Shown in pieces: positions 27,501 through 40,800 of a DNA stretch of 43,446 nt. Position 1 is the stretch's first letter. Every line of letters starts with the position of its first letter. The position numbers and the translations under genes were made by a program. Under the pieces are notes generated by a model. It was not told the origin of the DNA. It ran no database searches and was given only the letters and a program-made list of their open reading frames with translations. Where the stretch lies: assembly GCA_000934665.2 (NCBI GenBank), contig JYFJ02000337.1, positions 124,001 through 167,446 on the forward strand. The letters run 5' to 3'. The DNA is from Catajapyx aquilonaris (Eukaryota).

Positions 27501-28837
27501 GAGGAAGTAAAACAGGCTGAGGAAGTAAAACAGGCAGAGGAAGTAAAACAGGCAGAGGAAGTAAAACAGGCAGAGGAAGTAAAACAGGCAGAGGAAGTAA
27601 AACAGGCAGAGGAAGTAAAACAGGCAGAGGAAGTAAAACAGGCAGAGGAAGTAAAACAGCCTGAAGAAGTAAAACAGCCTGAAGAAGTAAAACAGCCTGA
27701 AGAAGTAAAACAGCCTGAAGAAGTAAAACAGCCTGAAGAAGTAAAACAGGCAGAGGAAGTAAAACAGCCTGAAGAAGTAAAACAGGCAGAGGAAATAAAG
27801 CAGGAGGAGGAAGTAGAGGAAATAAAGCAGAATGAGCAGCTAAGGAAAGCTGAAGGCTCAAAGAAGCCAGATGAATCAAAGCAAGTAGAGAAGCAAACAT
27901 GTGCTGAAAGTAATAAGCAACTTGAGAAATTAGAGGACACGAAGAAGCTGAAACATGAAAAAACAAAGCAAGTGGAGAAGAGAAGAGTGTCTGATAAGTC
28001 TGAGTCTGAGAAACTAGGAGACAGCAAGAAACAGAAACGTCGTGAAAAGCAGGGGCAAGAAGAGAGACAGAGAGAAGAGAAGGGTAAACCAGCCAAAAAA
28101 TTGAAGCGCATAGAGAAGCTGAGAAAATGGCAAAGGGAGTTGGGTGTTAAGATATCCGAGGATGACCTTGTTAAACTGAAAGACTGTTCCGTTGTGTTGC
28201 AGAAGTGTGTTGTACCTGAGAGTAGTGCGGGATCTGCTGTTACGGAGAAAGTAAAGCGCAGGAATAGTGTAAAAGAGGAGGACCTGGAGGAAATGGGGGA
28301 GTCTAGTAAACAATTAGCGAAGGGCCAAGAGAAAGTGCACGTGAGGAAAAATATAGTGCTCAATCTGAAGAAGCCTATTGGGAAGTCAAAAGAGTCTGAA
28401 AGGAGTGAGGAGAAGGGTAGTGAGGCAAAAGACAAAAGCATGCTTGTGGCTGAAGTGTTCGAGGTTGTAGATGATGACTCAGTGGGAGGGCCCTCAGAAA
28501 AGGAAATCAGTGTGGCAAAGAATGGAGTTGCTGAAAAGGGTAGTGATGTGAGGGGCGACAGGCAATCTGTTCCTAGAAGTAGTAGGTCTGAGCAGCATCG
28601 ACATGGCAAGGACGTCCTGAAGGAGGAAACCCAAAGGGCCAATGAGAAGAGGCAGCAGCGATTGGAGAAGCTGACCGAGATGTCCAAAGAGAGGAGGGTG
28701 AAAGGGGAGTACCGAGAACATAAGGAGCACAGCCATAAGCCCCAGAAGTCTGCAAGTGCCAAAGCAAAGCCTGACGATACAGAGAAGTCCCTCAAGGTGT
28801 ACAAGGCTGCTGCTGGTGAGGATCTTAAGTCCTTTAA
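24573..28837 (+). CDS. 4.27-kb first coding exon of the giant zinc-finger gene (acidic, low complexity, repeat-rich)
   Basis: Stop-free 1,423-codon frame. Acceptor ctcattacag| at 24543, in-frame TAA at 24549 upstream of ATG 24573, donor AA|gtaagt at 28837/28838. Confidence 0.88.
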
Positions 28838-31800
28838 GTAAGTAGTGTGAGGATTTTTTCTCCTTTTTTCCTGTTGATGTAGCTCATAAGGATGTATTTG
28901 CAAGTCACCATGTTGTTGATTTGGTATTCTATTTTCAACTTCAAATTGTGCTTAAAGGGCTTCTGAGGTTGGGTTAGACGTCAAGCTCCAAGAAATTAAA
29001 TAAGCAGTCACATTCCTGTGGTGCACTTTATTATTATGATTTATTTTATTTTATTTTATTTTTCCAAAATTGGAAGCTGCAGTGAGATGACAGCAGATTG
29101 GGTTGCAATGGCAAAATATTACACATGCACTACCTGGCAGGAGCATTCATGGTGCAAAATTGGCATATGGTGAAGTAGCTCTGATTATTATCATCACCAA
29201 GCACTTGAATAAGTCTGAAGTACTTAAGATATGTTTTTTCTCTTCTGAGCCATTGTATTGTAAATTTTGTATAGTTATGAATTGATGCGGGTGATGATAA
29301 TCATACCATATGAGTTGCTTTTCACTGGGACATTTCCCCATTGTTTGAAGCAAGAGTGGTGAGAATCATGACTTTATCACCAATTTGCAATAATCAAGGA
29401 TGACTATATTAACCAAGTCATTCAGCGTCATGACTGCTCTAACTAGGCAGTGCAGCATGGAAAACCATGCTTCATTGCTGTCTCGTGGACTTTTCCTGAG
29501 CTTGCCTGCCAGATGTGAGAAAATTGGACTGCAACCTTGGAGTCAGATGTTTTTTACAAAAAAAGTGCCATCTTGTAAGTCAGCCTCAGACCTTTTAAAA
29601 TGGCCATAAAATTTGGGACATATTGGAGTATTCTGGTAAGTTACGTGGTAATGATGTCACTGATAGAGTGATGTTCATAGTGCTACACTATTAGGTTCCA
29701 TAGGGTTATATTCTGTTGGAGTGAATTATGGATTTGTGATGGCAAGTTTTTTTTGCAAGACTTGTGAGAGCCCTTTTACAGCAGAAATACTGATTTTAAA
29801 TTAAGTAAGATTGGGGAGGTGTGGTGGCCGAGATGGTAATGTCTCGGCTTACTGAGGGAAAGGTCCCAGGTTCGATCCCCACCTGGGATGTCCCTTTCGC
29901 CTGCGTCAGGAGGGTCTCTGACCCGCACCTTGGAGGTGTCTGGCAACCTAACCTCCTGGGGGACTGCACATGACCAGTTTACTAACATTGCACCTGCACC
30001 TGTGTCCCCTCCCCAAAAATCTGCATCCCCACCCCCCCATGTCCTTTCGTTCTTGCACCGGTGCTGAAGAAAAATAAGAAAATGGTATTTAAGGTGGTTC
30101 ACACACCCCCCCCCCCCCTCCCCCTGTCCAAAAAACAGCTCTGCTCTCCAATGGAGTAACTAAAAATAATTAAAAAAGTAAGGTAAGATCAGATCTGAGC
30201 CAGAAATGGTTGGATTGAAGTGGACTAGGGCAGATTCAAGATGATTACTGGTAATATGGATGTAATTAGGCTTTCAGGGATTTCAATTCTTGTGCTGAAT
30301 TTTTATGATAAATTGCATGAAATTTCTATGTACTTAAGTATGTAATGAGTGTACTTGCCCTATGATCTTGGTGCATTTACTAGTTCTTTTCAATGGGGGC
30401 GGGAGGGGGAGGGGGGGGGGGCAGCAATCGTGTGATAAAAATATGTGCTCATTTCACATCAAATGTCCAGGTGAGCAGAAATCAATTAGGGGTCATTCCC
30501 ATTCTGCATTTCAGAAGCTTGCCATAATAAACAAGTTTGACCAACTTTCTGACCATAATTTTTGTGCGCGCCCAGTGATTATGGACGTAATATTTAGACA
30601 CGTGGGATACAATAGAGGAGTTGGGGGGAGTGGAGAAATTGCACAACAAATTGAAATAAAGGTGCGTTCACATATACGCGATATTGAACAAAAACGAATG
30701 AATTTCAGCTTTCTGCGAATTCGAGTCTGGCCGAAGGCATTCACGTATCGGCGATTTTCCCCTAGATGTGAGCAAATTTTGGTCTACGCGACTAAACTAA
30801 AAATCGCACTCCTCTGTCAGAGCCAGATAGAAGCCAATTTTTGACGTGAGCGAATTTTGGAGTTGGTTCGAGCCACCCAGCGCCGCCACCCGGACTTGTC
30901 GGCCTTTCTCGACCGTGTTGGGAATGCGGATGCCCGAGCTCGGAAGTTACCTATTTTTTTGTCGCAGACTCCTGACCCGGCCAGCCTCCACACCATGTCC
31001 AGCTCTTGCCCCACTTCGTGCACTGTGACCTGGACGGCCTTACGATGTCGGTTCAGCAGCATTTTCACTGCCATGCCGGCTGCCTCCGCAGCACAGGCTC
31101 CGCCATCTTTCTCAGCCCAACACCTCCCCCTGCCCACATGACCCCAACCCTGTCCTCCCTCCTACCTGCCATGCTGCACCGCGCATGCGCCATAACTAAC
31201 GAGTAAGTTTTATCACATAGCGGATATGTGAATGCCCGGAAAATTTGCCAAAAATTCGTTCGCTTCGTGATGTAAAAGATGCGAAAAAGCAGAACCTGAA
31301 AATCGCTCGCAAGTGTTTATTCGTGTATATGTGAATGCACCTTAACACATTTTGTGATGTCCAGTTGGATGTCATGGAATTATTTTTGTTAGGGTTGGGA
31401 TGGACAGAGGTGGGAGGTAAAACCAATCAGTATGCTTCTTGTTTTTTGGGAACGTACTGAAAACTGTACTTATCATGCAATGAGGAATTCACTTATTTCG
31501 AGTTACATTTTATAGGCTAAAGTAGTTGCAATTTTGGATTAGTGGAGACAATGATGCAGGATATAAGAACAATAGAATCTGAATGTGAACAGGCTGTCAC
31601 TTACTGTCACCACTATGGCTGGGACAATCTGTGTTAGGCATGTCTGTAGTTTTGGAGAAGATTTTGTAATGTCATTATGTGAAAGCATCTAAGCTGATAT
31701 AATACAAAGATACTTAAGGTAAAATTGAGCTATTTGGTTACGTGCATACCATGTAATAGATGCAGTTACTGGAAGAAGAATCCTGAAGCTTCTCATAGAT

Positions 31801-34800
31801 AGGTCTGAATTGCTACCCACCAAATTTGTTGCCATTAGAGTAAAAGTGTTGATACGATGAGAGAAACTAAATATTGGATGAAGTATTCAACCCCCACCAA
31901 GAGGAAGGATGCATGCAACGACAGCAACACGTGATGAGCAACATGCAGTCTTTTGATCTTGTGCACTGGAACAGATGCTCATCAAGATGCAGGAGGAGGC
32001 AGATATCCTGTGGTAGCGTGTCACTGGCAGCAACCAAGAGTTGATGGAACCACCCATCCGCGTGCGGTCAACTGGTCCACTTTATTTGATGGGCTGGGCG
32101 TGAAAGTGTGGGTTGGGGTCCGTGAATGAAGTTCTATTGGCAACCAAATTTGTTAGATGGGTAGGTGAGACTCACCTACATCTTGGGATCCTTCTTCCTA
32201 TAGTGCAGCGGTTCTCAAACCTTCCCACATCGGGCCCCTCTGGGAAAGTAATTTCAGATACTAACGAGTAAGTTTTATCGCATAGCGGATACGTGAATGC
32301 NCCCCCCCCGGGTTTCCCCAAACCCAATGAACGGAAGCAAATTTGTGTTCAAGGTCACACAAGCTTAGGTGAATGTAATAACTAACAAAGTACAGTGGAA
32401 TCCTCCTGTACGGTAAGCACATCAGATATAAGCAAGTAGAAAGGTCGGTCTCTTCATATTTCCAGCAGTGCCAATGTACAAGTGCAGTTGAATCTGGATA
32501 TAACAGACTTGTCTGCTATCTTCTGACTGCACAAATCCTTATTCAGAATTGCTCTTTTGGCTTTTAGAACTGCACGCTACAGTTAGCCCTGATCGAGAAG
32601 TAGTTCTTACCTAATCAGCGCGACTTTTGCGCTTGTTTCGAGTCACATAAGTTATGGATTCGCCCCACACCCCCATTGTCACCCCTTTGGCGCCCCCCCC
32701 CCCCCNCCCCCCCCCCCAGGGGGGTGCGCCCCACAGTTTGAGAACCTCTGCTCTAGTGCTAACCTATACTATATGCAACCTTGTTGATGCACTGCTTCGT
32801 GGACTACAGTTACTTAAACCCCCCTTATACATTACCAATTTTTAATGAATTAGCTCATGGCTCATCCAGAAAATTTAGCCATTGTTTTTAAGGGTGTATC
32901 TGCTTTGATATTGCAGGCAAAGTTTAGGTGGAAGTTCCATTAGAACCAGCCACACAAAGGAATGCCAAGGTTGGTTCTCATGATAACTCTGCCCAGACTT
33001 CCTCTGCAATTTGAGTAAGTGTCTCAAAGCAAAGGATAATTAATTTTATTGGATATAGGGACTGTTACTAAGGTGCGTCAGATATTTGGCTACCAAGTCC
33101 CTTATCACCTTTGTTCAAGTGCCACTAGTATATATTTAAACTATATTATGTCTGTGTGTACTATTGAACATTGGCATCTTAGGAAAAGGATTTCTATCAT
33201 GAAGTAGTTGCAATAATATCATGTACACCCAAAATGGAATATCTGAGCACCTGGGTTTGGTAGTGAAATGAAGAGCTGGCAAGAAATGGCGGTTGTTCTT
33301 GCTCTATGTAAATTGCAGCTACGACCTGTGACTCTCCCTCTCCCTTTCCTCCACACTTACCATAAGCAACCTTCCTTCTGCCTCTCTGTGTAGGTATGTA
33401 TTGAATGGCTTCCTGAGAAATGTAATTGAGGAACTGCTCCCAGGAGCAGCAGGTCTGGCTGGAGGGTGCTGGAAGGGGAAGGTTAGGGAGAGCTCACCTG
33501 CAGAAGTTACAAATGTTAGCCCCTATTGGGATGCATTCTTTTGATATTGGTCAGTATGCTATACCGTGTTCACTAGGCAGCCTACTGCTATTAAATTGAT
33601 TCCAGGTCTCATCCACTCCCATTTTGCCTGTGGGTGTGGTGGCTCATTCAGTGAGCTGTTTGTTATTAGGTAGCGTATGTACTTATTCTGTAAAAACGGA
33701 GAGGAGGAGGTGGGGATTGCAGAGATAATAGATTGGAATGTTCAGGAGTGAATTGAATGTAGGATCTCTCATACAGTGTGTAAGACTGATAGTGTTTTAA
33801 AATACTGGAATGCCTCTTGCCAGGGAGCAAGAGTGATAGCGACTATGCTAGATGATAACAAATATTAAGATGCAAACACACCCCAATTGTCTGGTAGCAA
33901 AAAAAAACACATTCCACCAAAGGGGCCCAAGTGCAAATGTTACAATCTTTCCATGCATTTATCAACCACATTCTATGACAGGGGTGGGCAAAGTTTTCTT
34001 TTTGTGGGCCGGTCTAAAAATTCTAAACCATGGGGCGGGCCGGTAGCAACTCAAACTCCATGTCAAGTGACTACACAACAAACCTAGGATCAGTCACGTT
34101 ATTTTTAATTTTTATACTTAATTTGTGTCAGAATGTTAGGACTGCCGATTGCTAAAGCTAAGGCTAAGTAGCGAAGTGCTAAGAGCTTACTCATATGACA
34201 TATTGTATTTGATAAATTAAATGTCAATCACCCTAACCGTGTAGACTTCACACTTTGGCAGACAGGTTGGTCCAAAGACTTTCGCAGGCCTGGTGTGGGC
34301 CACATGCTGCACTTTGCCCACCCCTGTCCTGTGAGATAAAGGAATTAGCAGTCATGTAGGTGAATTATGGTTCACATTGCATCTGCCCATTATAACAAGC
34401 TATTTAGGTAATGCGAGCTGGACCTGACAGTCGTGGAGAAATAGCGAACATTATTTTTCATTGCATTGTTTGTGTGAATAATTGGTTTCATGTTACTTAT
34501 GGAAATTAATTTTTTGTGGCTAACACTGCCTGTTGAGAGTACTGGAACAATATGAACTGGATGTTTATGTACGTGCCTGGATGGCATCCAGCGTGATTCG
34601 TATATGGTGAATGTTTTCGTGAATATTCGGTCTACTTACAATTATAAGGTAGTGTGTAGCTGCTTAATGGACGATGCAAAGCTCACATCCATGCTTGGCA
34701 TTATATGGAACTCCTTGAGGGATTGGCTGAGGGGCTTACTGGATGGCAGCTGTGACATTAATGGTAAATCTTTGGTATAGTAATAGAAAGAATTGCATTT

Positions 34801-37800
34801 TGTGAAATGTATGTAGTGTAAGAGTCGATTCACTTCAGAATGCCTAAGTTACATTGTAATCTCTTTAAAACTGGTATTTATTAGATAACTTTTTGAATTA
34901 AAATTTCTGCAGATCACAGAATTGAGTCAATGACGTTTTCTCAAGTGCACATCATCTGGAATTCCATTTACATGTTCATTAATTTTTAGTGTTTGGTGGT
35001 CTCCAGTTTTTTTCAGTAACCCACATATGCCACACACATTACATTACAACTCTTCTTCAGCTGTAATATACTACTGTATTTTAAAATATGAACTCAACAA
35101 AAACTGCTTCTTGAGTATTGGGTTTGAAGTTGGTGACTCTTGAATGGCAATGGTGACTGGCACCATTCAGAACTATTACATTACTGTCACATGTCAGGAT
35201 TGTCAGATGGATGTCACTGCTTAGTTTTACGCTATCATTATATTAATGTGACCACAAGCAAGCAAATAAGGGCATTTATTTTGACATCAACCTAGTCAGA
35301 ATTGACACTAAACATGTCCTTCAGTGATTTGTTTCCTTGAGTGAGTTTGGTCTGTTTGTTTATATTGGCTAAACTTGTTGGCTTATTTAATTAAACGTGT
35401 CCATTATGATCAAAGGCAATGAGAAATGAAAGCAGTCAGTGTTTATATGGGGCTTCAATGCAGAATTATTTTGCAGGTTTTGTCCTGATAACAATTAATT
35501 TATTAGGTGCAGAAAAGCATGAAATAATGAAATTGAAATAATGATTAAAGCTTTTAAAAATAAGTGTTATTAGACTTTATTTCAAAGAGGAAATTCGACT
35601 TTGAGATTTTTTTGTAATTCTGCACTGAACCAACAGCTTTCGGTAGTTATTGTTCATGTCATGGACACAACGACCTTTAATGAGCTGCCGTAATTGTCAT
35701 CAGACAAGCAAACCGTAGTGAAAATGTGTGCTCTTTGTAATTTCAGGATCCCCAAAAAGCAGCAAGAGTTGTCCCTATCAAGAAAGAGGGAACGTTCGAA
35801 GGACCCGCTAGTCAAAGGAAGTGCAGATGAAAAGCAACGCCATTATGACAGCTCGTCTGGGACTAAAAGGGCCCATGATGGTGAATATTCCAGGAACAAG
35901 AAAGAGAAGAGGGAACACTCCATCAAAACCAAAGAGGCGAAGGAGGATATCCAGAAAAAGTACAAGCGTAAAGAGGCACCGCTTCCAGGTTGGGAGTCAG
36001 CTACCTCCAGGAGATACCGAGAACCATGGCAGGGTAAACTCTGTGAAAGGAGCACATCAAATGAAACCGCCCTGGTGCCTGTCACTGAGGTGAAGCCACA
36101 ACCCCCTCCCCTCATGGAATTTGCTTCTTACCAGCAAAATGCTCAACATACTATCCCACTACAACCCACTATCCCTGTGCTGGTCACTCGGCGACAACCA
36201 ACTCGGTTTTCAAGTGGCAGTGAGGTTGTTCAGGCTAGTGCAGAGCCTGGTGGCAGGGTTTTGGTTAATGTGAACAATCCTGCAAATGCATTGCAGGGTG
36301 TTGGTCATCAAAAGCCAATATCTACTGTTAATTCATGGCAGTCATATGTGACACCAGTGCAGCCTATTCAACCACTTGCGGTCCCCCATCAAATGCGCCC
36401 AAATTTAAAGACAATTATGACTGAAAGGCAATTTCCAGATTGGACAGTTGCAGGACTTGGGCATGCTTCCACTGCATCAGTGGCCCCAAGCTGGGCAGCA
36501 GAGACAGGCCTGACTGATGCGGGACCCCAGTGGTCTTATACAGGTTTTGAGGATATTTCATCCAGTATAACCACCAGATGGGATCAGTCTGGTCTTGAAA
36601 ACATTTCAACTGAAGAGGAAACTGCAAGAAAGTGGTCAGATGTGGGTTTGGAGAACATTTCAACTGAAGAGGAAAGTGCCCGAAAGTGGTCAGACATGGG
36701 CCTGGAAAACATATCACCTGAGAATCCTGCTCCGAAATGGTCAGACATGGATCTTGAGAACATCTCTGGGGATGGAGAAGGGGTTCCAAAATCTTCACCA
36801 GATCCTGCTCTCGAGAACATCTCGGATGACTCATATGGTATTGCTGTTCAGGCTGAAAGTGTACGACAAAGGGCTCCAGGTGATCCTGCTTCTGTTTCAA
36901 CCTGGTCTGATGGACGGGTGACAGTACCATCACCAATGTATCATGAACCAGAACCAGAGGTGGATGACCGGTGGCTCACAGGTGTCAACTTGTTAGGCAC
37001 CTCCTCTCAGAGAGTGAAGAGATCAGTGCACAAGTGCCAGATGTGGGTGGCCAGCAACATTGAGTACTTTCTTAAAGATACGCCAGAAGAAGATAGTCGA
37101 TCACGAGGAAGTGGTGCTATGATGGATGTACTCTCTGCCAGTGTCAGTGATATTACATCAGTTTCTGAGCCTGTTGCACAGGAAGATCGGGATAGAAAAG
37201 GCAGACTGGCAAAGTGCCTGGAGAGGATACGTGGAATGGGTGGGCCACAAAATGTAGGTGACAAGCATGAGATTGAACCAGAAAAGCCTGAGATTAAACC
37301 AGAAAAGCCAGCTGAGGTGTCAGCTGATCCTCCAAATTTGAATTCAATCTTAAGCAGATTGCGTGGATTGGTTCATAAGAAGGATGTACCATGCAAAGAG
37401 GAAGTAAAAGCACCCGTGGTTTCAAAGGAAATCAGGATTGTTTATAGGAAGGATCTGCCATGCAAAGAGGACATAAAAGTACCTCTGGTTTCAAAGGAAG
37501 AAATCAGGATGGTTTATAGGAAGGATGTGCCATGCAAAGAGGAAGCAAAAGTACCTCTGGTTTCAAAGGAAGAAATCAGGATGGTTTATAGGAAGGATGT
37601 GCCATTCAAAGAGGAAGTAAAAGTACCTCTGGTTTCAAAGGAAATCAGTAAGGTAGATACGTCTCCAGTTAGTAAGACCAAAGCGAAAAAGAAGGAAGAC
37701 CAGCATATGAGTGATGTTGAAGGATGGGGCACAGCACCTTGGTTGCCAAATGTGGTAAGTTGAACTTTCTTGTTCATATAACTTCTTGTATCAAGATGGT

Positions 37801-40800
37801 CATAAAAATTTCCATATCAAATATTTAGCTTTATGAAAGTATTATACCTGTTGTTTTCTATGTTACTTTTTAACGAAAATGCAGTATTACCTCATTTAGG
37901 ATTTGTAAATTCTAACTTTACACCAAATTCTAGGAGAAATTGCATTTCAAGCAGTACCGCTATCTAAATATTTCTGTCAGGGATAAGCCCAGCTTGTATC
38001 AGTGAACATTCTTTGAGCAAGTGCTTAAATATTTGGACTTTATTGTTCCTCTTTGAAGGTTAATTCAGTTATTTTTACAGAGTGAATTTTAGATGACGAA
38101 ATGATGATGAAATTATTGTTAAAAATTGGCTACCATTTATGCAGTGAGCAGCCATTTTTAAAAACATGTTATTAACTTATTTATGGTTATTTGAATTTTA
38201 ATGAATGTATTTTTATTGAGACATAAGTGAAATTAGTGATTTTAATGGCATACACACTACTTAAGCAGACAATTGTTTCCCCTAGAAACACGCAATTTGG
38301 TCCAATCACCAGTACCAATATACTTGAACAATGCTAAATATTTTTGATCCCATTTCACAGACATATTTTTGTAATTGTCACTGAGTGACTCTTGAGTGTT
38401 ATGATTACACTTTTATAATGAAGCGATCGCCGGCCTTAATACAAGCACAAGAAGCTGTCAGCAAGAAGATGTTTAATGGCACTTGGTTACAAATGATGAC
38501 TTGGAATCATTAGCCATTGTGCCGAAGCCAGATGACATGACAAGCTCTATTAGCATTTCTCTCCATTACCTTCGGCATATAAAAGTTGTATTAAAAATTC
38601 GTGGGATGTGATAACTGCATTTTGGCCTCGCTGTTACTAGTTTATCACAGTTAAAATAAAGAAAGGAGAATAGATGTCCTGTAATGTATTTAATACAGAC
38701 TAGCATTTCCCCCCAGTGAAATGTTTGCATGCCTTTTCTAGTAATTAAATTTTTATGACCATCTCTGTACAAGCATATGAGAATAGTGTATCAGTAATGA
38801 CAAAAATTACAAGTTACCTTTTCTCCGTTTCAGGTAAATTTGCCCTGAATGTGTAAAGAGTAGGGATAAATCAGAAAAAAGAAGCAGCAAGTCCTCTCGT
38901 TTTATGATAGGATGGGCTTAGGACCTTGGGAATGGTTTTTTTTACTGGGCCTGCCATGGAGTGTCCAGCTTCAGGACAAATTTGCCTGAATTTGGATTGT
39001 ACAGTGAAACCTGCATAAATTTCGCAAAAATTGTCTGCAGTGGACTAGTCTCCGCTATATCGGAGAATACTAAACTAGAAAAAAATCACTTAAAGTCACA
39101 TTAAATTTGCTTCCCCCCAAGTTAGTACATTTTTGAAATACCAATTTGTGGGGTCACTTCCAACTAATTGCTTGCAATGGCTATTTTTTATTGTGCTTGT
39201 GTTGCTTGCATCAATTTTCCACCTCTCCTTCCTTGGTGTATGTGAAGTGGCTTTAATGGAGAATAAATTCCAATATGCACAGGTATTTTTTTCACTGACT
39301 TGTGAGCAGCCTATAACACACGTCTAGACAGATTTCGTTACATCTGACAAAAATTCACTGGAAATCTTATCTTGCTGCCAGTATCACAAAATCTCTCTGC
39401 AGTCGCCAAGTTTCTGCTGTATCCTAGGTCTGCTACAGGCAGGTTTCACTGTAGTAGTATAGATGCTATGCATAAGAAAAATATCAATAATTTGTTTTCG
39501 TATGTGTATGAAATATTGGTTTCCGATACAGTGAATAAACTGAGGCAACAATATATTGTCGTTTTGGTAGTGCCTAGAATGGTGGTATAATGATTCTCAG
39601 GCATAGAGAAGTAAATTGCTATCAATATAAAAATCGTAAAACTGCAGCATTTGTTTTTCATTCATTTGTACCAAGGAGCTGTGTTGTAAATGACTCAATT
39701 GTTATTTTATGATAATGCTATTTTCGATCAGGTATTTCTGAATGGCTATGTCCATATTGTAATGGAGGCAGTGAAATATTACAATCGAAACAATTTTTAT
39801 TTATTTATATGGACCATTTTACTTGCCTAGCCTGTGCTGCGCACCAAATCAAGAGGCAGGGTGGTCTTGGCTGACGGAAATGAATATACCATCCTGGAGC
39901 GGGCAGGCGCACTTCACATCACCTGCCATGTTTGTGAGATAACTGCTTATGGGTGGAGGAATTTTGACTTCCATGTGAATGGCAAGAAGCACATGACAAA
40001 TCTGAAGTTCCAAAAGAAACCTCCCATGAAGAGCATAGGTAGATATTTTTTTTTCGTTAGTCCTGGGCACCAGCAACATATGTAATTGTCATTTTCAGAG
40101 CCACCTGTAGAACTCAGTCAGCCCTTGCCACCTGGAGTTGAGGAAGTGGTGTTGGACAAACCGAGCAGGACGGCAGCAATCATGGACATTGTGCAGAGCT
40201 ACAATTCACCTGTCCCAGGTAGATTCAGTGCAAGGTCTATTCCAGTAACTTTGAATGACATGTATTTTGCCTGGCTAGGTGTGGAGTATGTGGTTGAGAT
40301 TGTGCAGTCTGATCAAGACCCCCTGTACATATGCATCGTGTGCATGATGCGAGCTCGGAGGCACACTGTGATGGCACACATGAGCAGCACATCACATAAG
40401 CTGAAGTACATTGTGAGTGAAAATTTTCATTTACCTTTAATGTGTAACTTTTGCAATTGCAGCAGTTGGTAGAAATTATATATTTAAAAATCCTTCTGAA
40501 TTTTAATAGGAAAGATATCATTAGTATATGTTGGGCACTGTTCAGAGTCACCAGCAACAGTTTAATTCTATGAGTTAAATAGCCTGCCCTTCATTAGTGC
40601 AATGCATTGAGAAAATTGCATATAAAGTTGCTTTTTCTGCCTAGGGTGTCATGTGGCAGTAAACATGGGCTGCAGGTTCAAGGTTGATGTACTTTACACT
40701 AGTTTTTTTTTGTTTTGTGTACATGTTAAATCTTTGGTTAAACCATGATTCATTTTTAGCCCAAGGTTATTCAACCCTGTGATTTGTGCAATCATTATGT

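Noticed and set aside
27501..27803. CRISPR-like regular repeat
   Set aside because: Units are contiguous with no unique spacers, lie in frame in a eukaryotic exon, and there are no cas genes.
27266..28903. 545-aa antisense ORF (and the 173-aa ORF at 27445-27966)
   Set aside because: Shadow of the purine-rich, repetitive sense exon; the translation is low-complexity S/F/C/L with no independent gene signals.
29813..29890. Functional tRNA gene
   Set aside because: A and B boxes are present but I could not pair acceptor and anticodon stems, and no immediate oligo-T terminator follows; better explained as a SINE head.
31811..32165. Possible MITE with CTACCCA...TGGGTAG ends
   Set aside because: The inverted repeat is gapped and short and I found no TSD; insufficient to call.
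38493..38570. Box C-like ATGATGA suggesting an intronic C/D snoRNA
   Set aside because: No properly placed CTGA D box or terminal stem found.
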